DNA of 64,000 nt. Source: a bacterium. GTDB taxonomy: Bacteria; Patescibacteriota; Minisyncoccia; Phycocordibacterales; DATDWN01. Both the position numbers and the translations under genes were made by a program. The stretch lies in NCBI GenBank assembly GCA_037134875.1, contig JBAXLH010000002.1, positions 27,719 through 91,718 on the forward strand, read 5' to 3'. The notes under the pieces were generated by a model. It worked only from the letters and a program-made list of their open reading frames with translations, was not told where the DNA came from and did no database searches. Below, in pieces: positions 9,755 through 19,260 of this stretch. Each line of letters begins with the position of its first letter. The stretch's first letter is position 1.

Positions 9755-10693
9755 TTATTTAAACGTCATTGTTCCGGTGTCCAATTTCAAATCAAACACC
9801 AGTTCCCCTTTTGAAGTGAACAAATAACTTTGTACCTGGCTCAGCATTTTTGAGTAGTCTTGCTCTTGCGAACTTTCACAATACATCTGAGTAGACATCA
9901 TTTTGGTAAATGTGATTTTGTTTCCACTGACCGTATACTCCCCGCCGACACCATTGCAGTCCGTCGTCGCAGAAAAAGTTTTGTCGGCTTTAAACGTCAG
10001 TGCAAATTTATTTGTTTTTGGTGTCACAGTCGTGTCGTTGTTGTATCTCGTGTTTACCCAATTCCACGTTTTCATTGTCAATGTCATTTTGGACGGATCT
10101 GCCTCTCCTTCAAAATGTTGCGCCACCTCGCCAAACTGCATTGTCTTTGGATCGAGTTTGAGCCAAATACTTTTTCCGATTGACGGCGATACGGCAAAAC
10201 TTTCTCCGGGCTTTCTGTCCGCGTAGTTCACTACAATCACATTGGGCGTAGTCGGATCTTGCGACATCTCGGTCGTTTGAGGAGCAATGCGATCTCCGAG
10301 GAGTAATCCGTGCGAGCCAACATATCCATTGACCGTATTGAGCGCCGCTACGACATAATAAAATGTACCAGTGCCACCAGTGTTTTGCGTGAGAAGGAAC
10401 ACAGTGTCAGGACTTCCATCGCCGTCGAGATCGTGCGTCACCTCATTTCCAAAATATCGAGTTGTTATTTGTGATGCCGAACCGGGAGCAGCTGGCACAC
10501 TGGACACACCGTTGGTTAGAGTTACGGACTGTCCATCGATAGTATATGTTGCGTTTTTTGGACTCGTCGCACCGTGCGTTGTAGAAATATTTTGATCATC
10601 CGGCGACTGTCTCATAGCATAAAACACAAATGCACCTGTTCCCAAAATCACAACAATACCGAGCCCCACCCACAATAATATTTTTGTATTCAT
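9755..10693 (-). CDS. membrane-anchored protein with C-terminal META (HslJ-like) domain
   Basis: TDCNGVGGEY..MMSTQMYC META signature. Confidence 0.85.
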   Translation of the reverse strand: MNTKILLWVGLGIVVILGTGAFVFYAMRQSPDDQNISTTHGATSPKNATYTIDGQSVTLTNGVSSVPAAPGSASQITTRYFGNEVTHDLDGDGSPDTVFLLTQNTGGTGTFYYVVAALNTVNGYVGSHGLLLGDRIAPQTTEMSQDPTTPNVIVVNYADRKPGESFAVSPSIGKSIWLKLDPKTMQFGEVAQHFEGEADPSKMTLTMKTWNWVNTRYNNDTTVTPKTNKFALTFKADKTFSATTDCNGVGGEYTVSGNKITFTKMMSTQMYCESSQEQDYSKMLSQVQSYLFTSKGELVFDLKLDTGTMTFK

Positions 10694-10730
10694 ATATAGT
10701 ATGCCGTTTTAAAGGCGAATATATTTCATT

Positions 10731-11048
10731 CTAATAAAACAAAAGTTGCACCACAAAAAGTAGTATTGCAAAAATCGCTACGAAACATGCAAAAAATCCA
10801 ACAACTTTACCAAAGAAAATAATCGCTTCTCTCTTTCGATTTTCAATGAGTAAATACACCGACTCCGATAAAAATAAATATCCCATAACCGCAGCTGACA
10901 ACACAAAGAGACTCAACATAATCATCGGAATAATAATTGTCCCGTTTTGATCCTTGAGAAGAGAAGCTACGGCCTGCACAACAAAGACAATAACAACAAT
11001 GTAGGCCATCGCCATAAGTGCATGTAAAAATGGTTTTTTCATACTCAT
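10731..11048 (-). CDS. small 3-TM membrane protein
   Basis: Hydrophobic 105-aa ORF. Confidence 0.75.
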   Translation of the reverse strand: MSMKKPFLHALMAMAYIVVIVFVVQAVASLLKDQNGTIIIPMIMLSLFVLSAAVMGYLFLSESVYLLIENRKREAIIFFGKVVGFFACFVAIFAILLFVVQLLFY

Positions 11049-11135
11049 AGTATAGCAAAATTCGAAAGATTGGACAGATTTTACAAAGAAAAAGCCGGCG
11101 AGTGGGTACGCCGAGCATTACAAATAATTTTGTTA

Positions 11136-11375
11136 TTAAGTTTTTTCGTTCTGGTGCAACCGACGCAACAACTCACGCTTGATGCTGAGCTCTCTCTGGT
11201 AGAGAGAACTTCTTCCAGGATCCATTATTTTCCCTCTTATATTTTCTGCCCATGAAAATCTCACGGCTACCGTGTATTCTGACACGAGCTCCTCATGAGT
11301 CATATCGACAAGCTTGACCTTGGCTCGTTTTGGTCTTATCACGGGAATTTGCATCCCGTCACCGATTTGCCCCAT
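11136..11375 (-). CDS. hypothetical protein
   Basis: 79-aa ORF with GAGGAGG upstream. Confidence 0.55.
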   Translation of the reverse strand: MGQIGDGMQIPVIRPKRAKVKLVDMTHEELVSEYTVAVRFSWAENIRGKIMDPGRSSLYQRELSIKRELLRRLHQNEKT

Positions 11376-11443
11376 TTGTCAAAAACCTCCTCGCACATAA
11401 TAATATTATTTTCAAAAAAATCAAGCCCAAACCAATCTGCATA

Positions 11444-11890
11444 TTATTTCTCCACAATCTTTTTAAGTTCCACAATAACCGCTTTTTCCCAATATTTCAT
11501 CGAATACCAGCGTATGAGTGGCACAGCGACTATGCCTAACCATTTTTTATGAATAGTGACTTCGTATGTGTAGTCGATCAGCGTTCCTTCGGCATGCGGA
11601 GAGAGCAAGAGCTCTTCGTGTCCAGAAGTTCCAAAATCCAAACTCTCGTTGTCCGAAATAAAGCCCTTCCCCGGAAGAATCTGAATCTTCATTGTTACCC
11701 GAAACTTTTTTCCAAATGATTTTGCAACGGCAACAATTTCCAAGAAATTTCCTTCCCGTTTATTTATCTGTATTGATTCGGCAACCTTTGGAAAACGCTC
11801 CGGAAATTTTTCAAAGTCAGTCATTATTTGAAATACTTTATCTACTGGAGCTTTAACAACCCACTCTTTGTGCAGTGTTATTTGGTTCAT
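11444..11890 (-). CDS. SRPBCC/START-fold protein
   Basis: VKAPVDKVFQIMTDFEKFPE..GTLIDY pattern. Confidence 0.85.
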   Translation of the reverse strand: MNQITLHKEWVVKAPVDKVFQIMTDFEKFPERFPKVAESIQINKREGNFLEIVAVAKSFGKKFRVTMKIQILPGKGFISDNESLDFGTSGHEELLLSPHAEGTLIDYTYEVTIHKKWLGIVAVPLIRWYSMKYWEKAVIVELKKIVEK

Positions 11891-11933
11891 GTATTGTATT
11901 GTACAGTAATTTGCTCTGGGTAACAAAAATTAG

Positions 11934-12470
11934 TTACCTCTTATCACTTCGTAATAAACTATATATTTTACTATCAAAAAATTTACCATTTAAAAATCTA
12001 TCCTGCCGTAATATTCCCTCGTAAGTAAATCCTAGCCTTTCGGGTATAGCAGAGCTTTTAACATTCTCCGGTATTACCCTTATCTCTATTCTATTTATAT
12101 CTAGTTCTTTAAATAAATAATCTGTAAAAGCTTTAACGCTTGAAGTCATTATTCCTTTTCCAGTATGTTCTTTGTCTAACCAATATCCAATATCTGCTTT
12201 TTTATGATAGTGATCAATCTTATTCATATTCACTGACCCAATCGGTTGATTTTTATAAAAAATTCCAAAATCAATACTGGTCTTACTTTCAAAAGATTCT
12301 ATACTTTCTCTGATGTATTTTTTTATATCTTCTATACTTTTTACACTATCAACCCAAGGAAGCCATTTTTTTATATGTTCTCTGTTCTTATCTATCAAAT
12401 TAAAATATGATTCAGCATCCTCTTGCTGTATTAATCTTAAATCTAAATCTTGAGTAATTGATACTTTCAT
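11934..12470 (-). CDS. GNAT acetyltransferase, RimL/RimJ family
   Basis: IGYWL..GKGIMT..NVKSSAIPERLGFTYEG. Confidence 0.92.
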   Translation of the reverse strand: MKVSITQDLDLRLIQQEDAESYFNLIDKNREHIKKWLPWVDSVKSIEDIKKYIRESIESFESKTSIDFGIFYKNQPIGSVNMNKIDHYHKKADIGYWLDKEHTGKGIMTSSVKAFTDYLFKELDINRIEIRVIPENVKSSAIPERLGFTYEGILRQDRFLNGKFFDSKIYSLLRSDKR

Positions 12471-12535
12471 ATTATTACACAACTTAAGCGCACAAGTTTC
12501 ATTGACAAATAACAAAACTCGTGCTGTTATTTACT

Positions 12536-12609
12536 TGGCTGGGGGACAGGGACTCGAACCCCGATTCTTTGGACCAAAACCAAATGTCCTGCCATTAGAC
12601 GATCCCCCA
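12536..12609 (-). tRNA. tRNA-Gln(TTG)
   Basis: TGGGGGATCGTCTAATGGCAGGAC..TTTTGGT..GGTTCGAGTCC..CCCCCAGCCA cloverleaf with encoded CCA. Confidence 0.95.
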
Positions 12610-12673
12610 ATATTGAAATACTCAATCAGAATACCTAAAATTTGGCCATTTTACAAGAAAAATTATACAGGTG

Positions 12674-13705
12674 TTATTTCCCCTCTTTCTCCCCCACAAT
12701 ATTTACGAGGGCGAGTTCGAGTGGGAGAGATGGAATGTATGCACCGGTGGTATTTTCATACGCGGTCAAAAGTTCGACGAGCACAGCGGACGAAAATGTT
12801 TTGCCGAGTTTCGCTGTGTCGCTCACAAACGTAAATTCTTTTTCCGAGAGGTCGGCTCTGACGACGCCAGGCGCATCCAGCTTTGTGAGCATTACGGCGC
12901 GCGCAGTTTGCAAAATAAGTTTGAGAAAAATCGACATATCAATATTTTGACTCGTTGCGGTTTTGATAGCAGTCAGCCCGAGTGCGAGGTCCCCGCGTGC
13001 AATCGCCGAAATCACATCGTGCACGAGACCCACCGCTGGCGCACCGGTCACGAGACGTACTTCATCTTCGGACACTTTTTTATCTGTGCTATACGACAAA
13101 ATTTTCTGGAGCATTCCCTCTGTGTCGCGGAAAGATCCGTCGCCGAGGAGCGCGATGAGCTCGGCTGATGGCTCGTCGATGGTGTACCCCTCTTTCTTTG
13201 CAATAGTTATTACAACTTTTTTCAAAACTTCCTGTGTCGGCTTTTTGAATGTGTAGACTTCGCATCGCGACAAAACAGTTTCAGGAATTTTGCGAGTCTC
13301 GGTTGTGGCGAGAATAAAAATAACGTGTGCAGGTGGCTCCTCGAGTGTTTTGAGGAGCGCATTGCCAGCGGACTTTGAGAGCATATGTGCTTCGTCCAAA
13401 ATGTAAATTTTGTATTTTGATTCAAATGGCAGAGTATTGACCGACTCGTTGAGAGCGCGAATGTCGTCCACACCTGTGTTTGATGCGGCGTCGATTTCGT
13501 AAATGTCGTTTTTGCTCGTGCCGATGCTGGACGCAAAAATGCGCGCGACTGATGTCTTGCCCGTGCCTCGTGTACCAGCAAAGAGATATGCGTGGGAGAC
13601 ATCGCCGGATTTTATTTGTGACTCTAGCACTTTGACCACATGGTCCTGACCGATCACATCTGCAAATTTTTGTGGGCGATATTTTCTGTATAATACTTCT
13701 GACAT
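12674..13705 (-). CDS. dnaX: DNA polymerase III subunit gamma/tau
   Basis: LYRKYRP, GTRGTGKT, EIDAAS, DEAHML, LLKTLEEPP. Confidence 0.97.
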   Translation of the reverse strand: MSEVLYRKYRPQKFADVIGQDHVVKVLESQIKSGDVSHAYLFAGTRGTGKTSVARIFASSIGTSKNDIYEIDAASNTGVDDIRALNESVNTLPFESKYKIYILDEAHMLSKSAGNALLKTLEEPPAHVIFILATTETRKIPETVLSRCEVYTFKKPTQEVLKKVVITIAKKEGYTIDEPSAELIALLGDGSFRDTEGMLQKILSYSTDKKVSEDEVRLVTGAPAVGLVHDVISAIARGDLALGLTAIKTATSQNIDMSIFLKLILQTARAVMLTKLDAPGVVRADLSEKEFTFVSDTAKLGKTFSSAVLVELLTAYENTTGAYIPSLPLELALVNIVGEKEGK

Positions 13706-13734
13706 ATGGACATCATACCAGATTTTTTGACAAA

Positions 13735-13766
13735 CAAAAAACCCTCACCACAAAGTGTGATGAGAG
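13735..13766 (-). terminator. intrinsic terminator closing the candidate RNA
   Basis: CTCTCATCAC-ACTTT-GTGGTGAGGG followed by TTTTTT. Confidence 0.75.
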
Positions 13767-14273
13767 CGGTTGGGACCGGCGCGTGCGCTGGCGTCGTGTG
13801 AGAGCCGATGGCCTCGCGCCGATCCCTGTTTTCCAGTCTTTTTTTTCGCGGTTTTTGCTCCGCGCCGGACTATATCAATCATCCGGAATTTTTAGTGGCT
13901 GGTACCAGCCCGACTACTTTGCCTCCAGTAGAGATCTTTCGTGTATAGGCCGTAGCCCGCGACACTACTAGATCAATACCTTCAACGGCGTTTCGTCAGG
14001 GTCTTGGTGTTTAACTCCTTTCTGGGGAGAACCCCACCGAACCATCCCTTTGCTTCGTTGCGCAACCTCCGCTGAAGGCGCTAGAGCGCGGGCCGCCGGG
14101 TCTGGGGAACATTGTCCATCACCATGCCAAGGGAAACTACCGGCTATGATTGCATAGCCACAGTGAACTCTTGATCCCCAGAGTTCGTAGGGGTTTCGGG
14201 CCCGCGCTCAACGGCGAGGATTTATGCCGGTCACGATTTCCGGCGCCCGTCTTGAAGTGTTGAAGAACATTAC
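13735..14273 (-). ncRNA. candidate large (~540 nt) structured non-coding RNA of unknown family
   Basis: GC-rich gap with about ten helices, its own promoter and terminator, no credible ORF. Confidence 0.7.
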
Positions 14274-14279
14274 ATGATA

Positions 14280-14308
14280 ATAATATCACACTATAAAAAT
14301 ATTGTCAA
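14280..14308 (-). promoter_or_regulatory. sigma70-type promoter for the candidate RNA
   Basis: TTGACA, 17 nt, TATTAT with an extended TG. Confidence 0.7.
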
Positions 14309-14357
14309 GCGAATTTTGACAATTTTCAATTATCTTTTTTAGGATTCAAAAATAGCC

Positions 14358-15407
14358 TTATTTTGAGCCACTTTTCAGATAGTCAAAAATAATTTCTTCG
14401 ACTTCACTTGCCTGTTCTGCTTCCATTAGTTTGATACGAAGTTCTTTTGCTCCATCAAAGCCGTTTACGTACGCTTTGAAGTGTTTTTTCATCACAGCAA
14501 ATGACTTGCCTTGTCCGCCGTAGCTTTCAGCGAAGGCGGAGCCTTGCCCATCAGCAGGTTTTGGCTGGACCAATTTCTCAAAAAGTTTTGTGTGCTCCAC
14601 GAGTACCCCTAGTTTCTCCTCGGTCGTCGGTATGTGTCCCGAAAAAAGCCACGGGTTTCCAAAAATCGCACGGCCAATCATCACGCCGTCACAGCCAGTC
14701 GCCAGCGCCTTCTCGCGAGCATCCTCCACACTTGTCACATCTCCATTTCCAAAAATAAGTGTCTCACTTCCCTTTCCACCACTCGCTCGTCTTTCGTTTC
14801 TGATTTCAACAGCTCGTGCGATATGTTCCCACCGCGCCGGCACGAGCGACATTTCTTTTCGTGTTCGTGTGTGGACAGTGATCACGGCCGGCTCGGTGTC
14901 GAGGAGGAGCGGAAGCCACGTTTCGAGTTCATTTTTGTTCCAGCCGATACGAGTTTTGACGGACACAGGAATCTTGCCTGCACCCTCTTTTGCAGACAAA
15001 ATTATTTTTTGTGCGAGCTGTGGATCTGTCATTAGTTTTGCGCCAGCACCTTGCTTTTCTACACTCTTGTCCGGACATCCCATATTGATATCGATACCGT
15101 CAAAGCCGAGCTCGACTGCGAGCTCTGCGGATTTGCGCATCATCTCTGGTTTGGATGTAAAAAACTGCGCCACAATAGGTCGCTCCTCCTCCGTAAAAGC
15201 TAGATCGTTTATGAGAGCATCTCTACCACCGAGAAAAAGTCCGTCGCCAGAGACAAACTCCGTCCATATCACATCCGGTTTGCCGTACTTTGCGATGATT
15301 GCGCGAAACGCTCGGTCGGTCACATCTGCCATCGGCGCAAGACATAGTATTGGCTCATATTTGCCGACTTTTGTTTTTTCCTTTTTTAATTTCTGCCAAA
15401 AATTCAT
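14358..15407 (-). CDS. dus: tRNA-dihydrouridine synthase
   Basis: LAPMADVTD, DINMGCP, PVSVKTRIG, GNGDV, DGVMIGR; start set at MNFWQK. Confidence 0.95.
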   Translation of the reverse strand: MNFWQKLKKEKTKVGKYEPILCLAPMADVTDRAFRAIIAKYGKPDVIWTEFVSGDGLFLGGRDALINDLAFTEEERPIVAQFFTSKPEMMRKSAELAVELGFDGIDINMGCPDKSVEKQGAGAKLMTDPQLAQKIILSAKEGAGKIPVSVKTRIGWNKNELETWLPLLLDTEPAVITVHTRTRKEMSLVPARWEHIARAVEIRNERRASGGKGSETLIFGNGDVTSVEDAREKALATGCDGVMIGRAIFGNPWLFSGHIPTTEEKLGVLVEHTKLFEKLVQPKPADGQGSAFAESYGGQGKSFAVMKKHFKAYVNGFDGAKELRIKLMEAEQASEVEEIIFDYLKSGSK

Positions 15408-15458
15408 ATCGTTGACTATAATATATTTTTCTGATATAAACAACCACGGAAAACGACG

Positions 15459-15872
15459 ATGAAGATCTCTGTCGATGTCACTCTTGATCAGGTCTGTAAG
15501 ACTGTTTCTAAAGAAGATTTTGAAAAAGATTCTCCTGAGGATGCAAGTCTGCTGAATCAGACTTTCTATTTGGTAGAAGCAACCTCTCTTGAGATTTGCC
15601 ACCTCTGGGAACACTACAAAGGCAAAGGATTTCCTTCATCATGCACAACATCATTTATGACTCAAATTGGCCAACTCGCCGAGTTCGAGGTTTGGATCAC
15701 TTTGTCTTATTATGAAATCAAAGGAAAAGTCATCTGTTTCTATGAGATGACTGGAAACTATGCTTTCGGAGCGATATGCGAATCATTTTTCAAAAATGTT
15801 GTTCCGCGTTGTCCAACAACAAACGCGGATAATTTTCATAACGTAATGCTCGCAATAGAGTCTGGCAAATAA
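15459..15872 (+). CDS. hypothetical protein
   Basis: 137-aa ORF filling the dus to ftsQ-like gap. Confidence 0.65.
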   Translation: MKISVDVTLDQVCKTVSKEDFEKDSPEDASLLNQTFYLVEATSLEICHLWEHYKGKGFPSSCTTSFMTQIGQLAEFEVWITLSYYEIKGKVICFYEMTGNYAFGAICESFFKNVVPRCPTTNADNFHNVMLAIESGK

Positions 15873-15883
15873 GCCAGCTCTTT

Positions 15884-16750
15884 TCATTTGAGCCGATAAT
15901 ATAATTTGTTTCCGAAACGCAAATCGATGTAGTCGATGTTGGTCGTCGGATCGGTGTTTGTCGCTGTCACGAGTGTCCGCAAGAGTGCCCCGAGATTGCC
16001 CGATGCTTTGGAGAGTGGCTCTCGCATATCAAAAAATATTTTGGCACCGCTCGAGAGCACGAGAGTAAATTCATTCTCATTATTTGCCGAGAGATATGTG
16101 GGATCAACCGACATAGTTTTGAGCGACGCGATAAAGTCGGCAAGGTCGGTGAATTCTGTGGTCGATGAAATGTATTCGGAGCCGAGAAGTGGCGAGCTGG
16201 TAGAAACCGGTCCATAATATTTGAAATATGCATCACCCGAAAATGTCGGTGCATCGGCAAAGATAGTGCTGTTGTTGTCCATAAAATAGCAGTGCTCATC
16301 AGCCGGCACCTCTGGCGACGAGGACGCCAGTGCAAGAGCCGACTTGGAGGTTTTGGATTCCCCACACCAGAGCGCAAATGGTTTTCTTTCGTTTATTTCT
16401 ACCACAAGAGTCGTAAAACCTTTTCGCTTTATATTTATTTTATCAATACGTTTGAATTTATTTTTGAGAAATGTTTCGAGTGCGCCACGCGGATATATAA
16501 ACGAGTTTCCTCTCGGAAACAGCCAGAAAAAATACGAGCCGTACAAATACCGGAGTGTTTCTTTTTCAACATCCGGCTGTGTCACGAGCACACCTCCCAC
16601 AAGCTCGACTTTGGAAATACGGATCGATGGTCTGTAAGAAATATATGAAGCAGTTCCAATGAGTATCAAGAAAATAAGAAAAGCCAGTCCTATGTTTATA
16701 AGCTTTTTGTTTCTCTTTTTTCGATTGTACTCATCATGTTGCAGTGACAT
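15884..16750 (-). CDS. FtsQ/DivIB-like cell division protein
   Basis: TM then POTRA-like region (LVVEINER) and C-terminal YIDLRFGNKLYY. Confidence 0.75.
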   Translation of the reverse strand: MSLQHDEYNRKKRNKKLINIGLAFLIFLILIGTASYISYRPSIRISKVELVGGVLVTQPDVEKETLRYLYGSYFFWLFPRGNSFIYPRGALETFLKNKFKRIDKINIKRKGFTTLVVEINERKPFALWCGESKTSKSALALASSSPEVPADEHCYFMDNNSTIFADAPTFSGDAYFKYYGPVSTSSPLLGSEYISSTTEFTDLADFIASLKTMSVDPTYLSANNENEFTLVLSSGAKIFFDMREPLSKASGNLGALLRTLVTATNTDPTTNIDYIDLRFGNKLYYRLK

Positions 16751-16759
16751 GACAAAAAA

Positions 16760-18031
16760 TTATTTTTTTGAAATCACGGTCTGACCGCCCATATATGGCT
16801 GGAGAACATCTGGAATTTTTATACTACCATCCTCTTGCTGATAGTTTTCGACAATCATAATGAGTGGTCTGCCAGAGAGAGCAGTGTTGTTGAGCGAATG
16901 TACAAATTGCATTTTGCCGGATTCATCACGATAGCGAATATTGAGTCTGCGTGTTTGGAAATCATGAAAATATGAACACGAACCGGTCTCGCGATATGTG
17001 TTTTCTGATGGAAGCCAAACTTCGATGTCATATTTTTTGACTTGGCCGAGTCCGAGGTCTCCACCACAGTTTGCGACGACGTGATATGGCAATCCGAGTT
17101 CCTCGGTAAGTTCCTCTGTGTTTCTCTCGAGCTCTTCGTGGAAAGCAACTGACTCGGTATGGCTCGCTTCGCACAAAATAACTTGCTCAAATTTGTAAAA
17201 TTCGTGTACGCGCAAAATACCTTTTGTATCTTTGCCATGTGCACCAGCCTCGCGACGAAATGCCGGAGAAAAAGATAACATTTTTATCGGCAAATCTTTT
17301 TTGTCGAGCACTTCATCCATATAAAATCCCATTGTCGCAACCTCGGCTGTACCAGAGAGATATTCGCCGTCTTGTGTTTTGTACAAATCCTCCTCGCCTT
17401 GTGGCAAATAGCCTGTACCCATAAGTAGCTCTCTGCGAAGAAGCGATGGAACAATCATTGGTCGATATCCTCCTTTCTTTTGGAAAAAATCTGTAACAAA
17501 TTGCCAGAGAGCAAACTGTAGTCGCGCACCATCTCCTGTCAAAAAATATCCACGAAAGCCAGCGACTTTTGAGCCACGGTCGAGGTCGAGCATTCCGAGA
17601 TTTGTCATAAGCTCGATGTGAGTTTTTGGTGTGAAAGAAAACTGTGTCGGCTCGCCCCATGTTTTGACTTCTTTGTTGTCTGCATCACTCTCCCCCTCTG
17701 GCACAGACATATCGGGAATATTTGGTACAGCGACCATAAGTATCTGCCATTCGTGCATCACGGCTTTGAGTTCTTCCTCTTCTTTTTGGAGTTCAGCTTT
17801 GAGAGATTGCATTTCGGAAATCATCTGAGACTTTTGTGCAGGATCATTTGTTCTGACAATTTTCTCGCTGACATCATTTTGCTCCGCGCGTTTTTTCTCG
17901 ATCATCGAGATGAGTTCGCGACGCTTGTCGTCCGCTTTAATCAGCGCTTCTACATCAAAATCAATGCGTTTTTTCTTGGCGCCCATAGCTACGAGCTCCT
18001 TGTTTTCTCGTATAAATTTTATATCCAACAT
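16760..18031 (-). CDS. serS: serine-tRNA ligase
   Basis: MLDIKFIR, GTAE, FRREAG, RVHEF, HSLNNT. Confidence 0.98.
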   Translation of the reverse strand: MLDIKFIRENKELVAMGAKKKRIDFDVEALIKADDKRRELISMIEKKRAEQNDVSEKIVRTNDPAQKSQMISEMQSLKAELQKEEEELKAVMHEWQILMVAVPNIPDMSVPEGESDADNKEVKTWGEPTQFSFTPKTHIELMTNLGMLDLDRGSKVAGFRGYFLTGDGARLQFALWQFVTDFFQKKGGYRPMIVPSLLRRELLMGTGYLPQGEEDLYKTQDGEYLSGTAEVATMGFYMDEVLDKKDLPIKMLSFSPAFRREAGAHGKDTKGILRVHEFYKFEQVILCEASHTESVAFHEELERNTEELTEELGLPYHVVANCGGDLGLGQVKKYDIEVWLPSENTYRETGSCSYFHDFQTRRLNIRYRDESGKMQFVHSLNNTALSGRPLIMIVENYQQEDGSIKIPDVLQPYMGGQTVISKK

Positions 18032-18094
18032 AGTATATATAGTGTATCAAATATGAGATAAATGAAAAGCGACCCACCTGGGTCGCATCAAAAA

Positions 18095-18343
18095 TTAGTT
18101 TACCACTATTGCGTCGGGCCGAATATGGCTCCCGTCGAATTCCCTCTTCAGAAAATAATATTCCTGTCCGTTGTATGTAAACCGAACAGCGCAACAATCA
18201 TCGTGATTGTACACCATCCGAAAAGAACCTTCGACTTCGACAGTATCGCCGGGAGAAAGATATGTATCCGTCCTCCGGAGTAACGAACTGCGAGGGTCAG
18301 TTTTTTCAAAGACTCTCAAATCTTTTGTGAGTTTGACCGTCAT
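18095..18343 (-). CDS. hypothetical protein (SH3-like pattern)
   Basis: 82-aa ORF rich in short beta-strand-like segments. Confidence 0.55.
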   Translation of the reverse strand: MTVKLTKDLRVFEKTDPRSSLLRRTDTYLSPGDTVEVEGSFRMVYNHDDCCAVRFTYNGQEYYFLKREFDGSHIRPDAIVVN

Positions 18344-18432
18344 ATGAGTCCAAAGATCATACTATCCGACATTACATATTATTGCAACAAAAAACCACAC
18401 GACGTGTGGTTTTTTGCAAACGAATGAATTTA

Positions 18433-19152
18433 TTAAATTGTTTTCTCTATTTTTGCCTTTGCCTTGAGTGTAGCGATGAAATCCATTACAAGTGTCTGCT
18501 CTTTGTTTGAAGTGAGCTGTTGCTTGATCTGAGCACTCACATCTTTGAGCGCTGGCAATGTTGTCGTACTACCTGACGCTTTTTGTGATTTTGCATAATC
18601 ATTGTAAAACTGTGATACTTCAGCATCAGTAACCGTGATTGACTTTATATCAATATTTTGGAGAAGGTATGTCTGAGCTGCGAGCTGTTTTGTAATATTA
18701 CTTCGAAACTCTGCATCAGTCAGATTGTTTTTTGCAAGCTCCGCTTTAAATTTGTCTGCTCCACCCACCTGAGTCACCACTGCCTGATACTGTTTCTCTA
18801 CTTCGGCAGGGTCGGCTTTGATACCAGCGGCAGCCACGGCCTGATTCAAGAGCTCATTGTTGATGAGACCATCCATAATCTGTGTTTTGACCGCAGAAAG
18901 TTTTGTCGCATCGGCGTTGAGATCTATACCTTGCGCTTTGTATGATGTGATCGCAGCGGCCATTTGCTTGTCATAATCTGACTTTGGAATTGCAATCCCA
19001 TTTACAGTTGCAACACTTGGCACTGTCGTTGTGAGACTTGGCATTTTGCCTTTTTTGAATGCAACAAACACAACCACCGCCAAGATAATCAAAATAATAA
19101 CTACTGGAATCACTTTACTTTTACCTTCCTTTTTTACTTCTTCATTTTCCAT
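18433..19152 (-). CDS. SurA N-terminal domain chaperone
   Basis: VATVNG..LINNELLNQ..LKAKAKIE with TM anchor. Confidence 0.85.
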   Translation of the reverse strand: MENEEVKKEGKSKVIPVVIILIILAVVVFVAFKKGKMPSLTTTVPSVATVNGIAIPKSDYDKQMAAAITSYKAQGIDLNADATKLSAVKTQIMDGLINNELLNQAVAAAGIKADPAEVEKQYQAVVTQVGGADKFKAELAKNNLTDAEFRSNITKQLAAQTYLLQNIDIKSITVTDAEVSQFYNDYAKSQKASGSTTTLPALKDVSAQIKQQLTSNKEQTLVMDFIATLKAKAKIEKTI

Positions 19153-19260
19153 ATAAAATGTGTATTAAAAACGAATAATTATTTCACTATGTATCTGAAT
19201 AATATATCATCTGGACGGCAAGCGCACAACCCACAAAAAACTCTGATATAATAAAACCAA

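Noticed and set aside
13672-13971. 99-aa ORF-track entry overlapping the candidate RNA and the dnaX start
   Set aside because: No recognisable motifs, overlaps dnaX, and the region is better explained by RNA pairing
13735-14273. Identification as SRP RNA, RNase P RNA, tmRNA, group II intron or hammerhead ribozyme
   Set aside because: No GGAA-loop/AGCAG helix 8, no GAGGAAAGTCC, no tRNA-like ends and no convincing domain V; CTGACGA is present but lacks stem II before GAAA
14590-15462. 290-aa plus-strand ORF and similar long antisense ORFs (2749-3474, 20036-20806, 38173-38949)
   Set aside because: Shadow frames opposite better-supported genes
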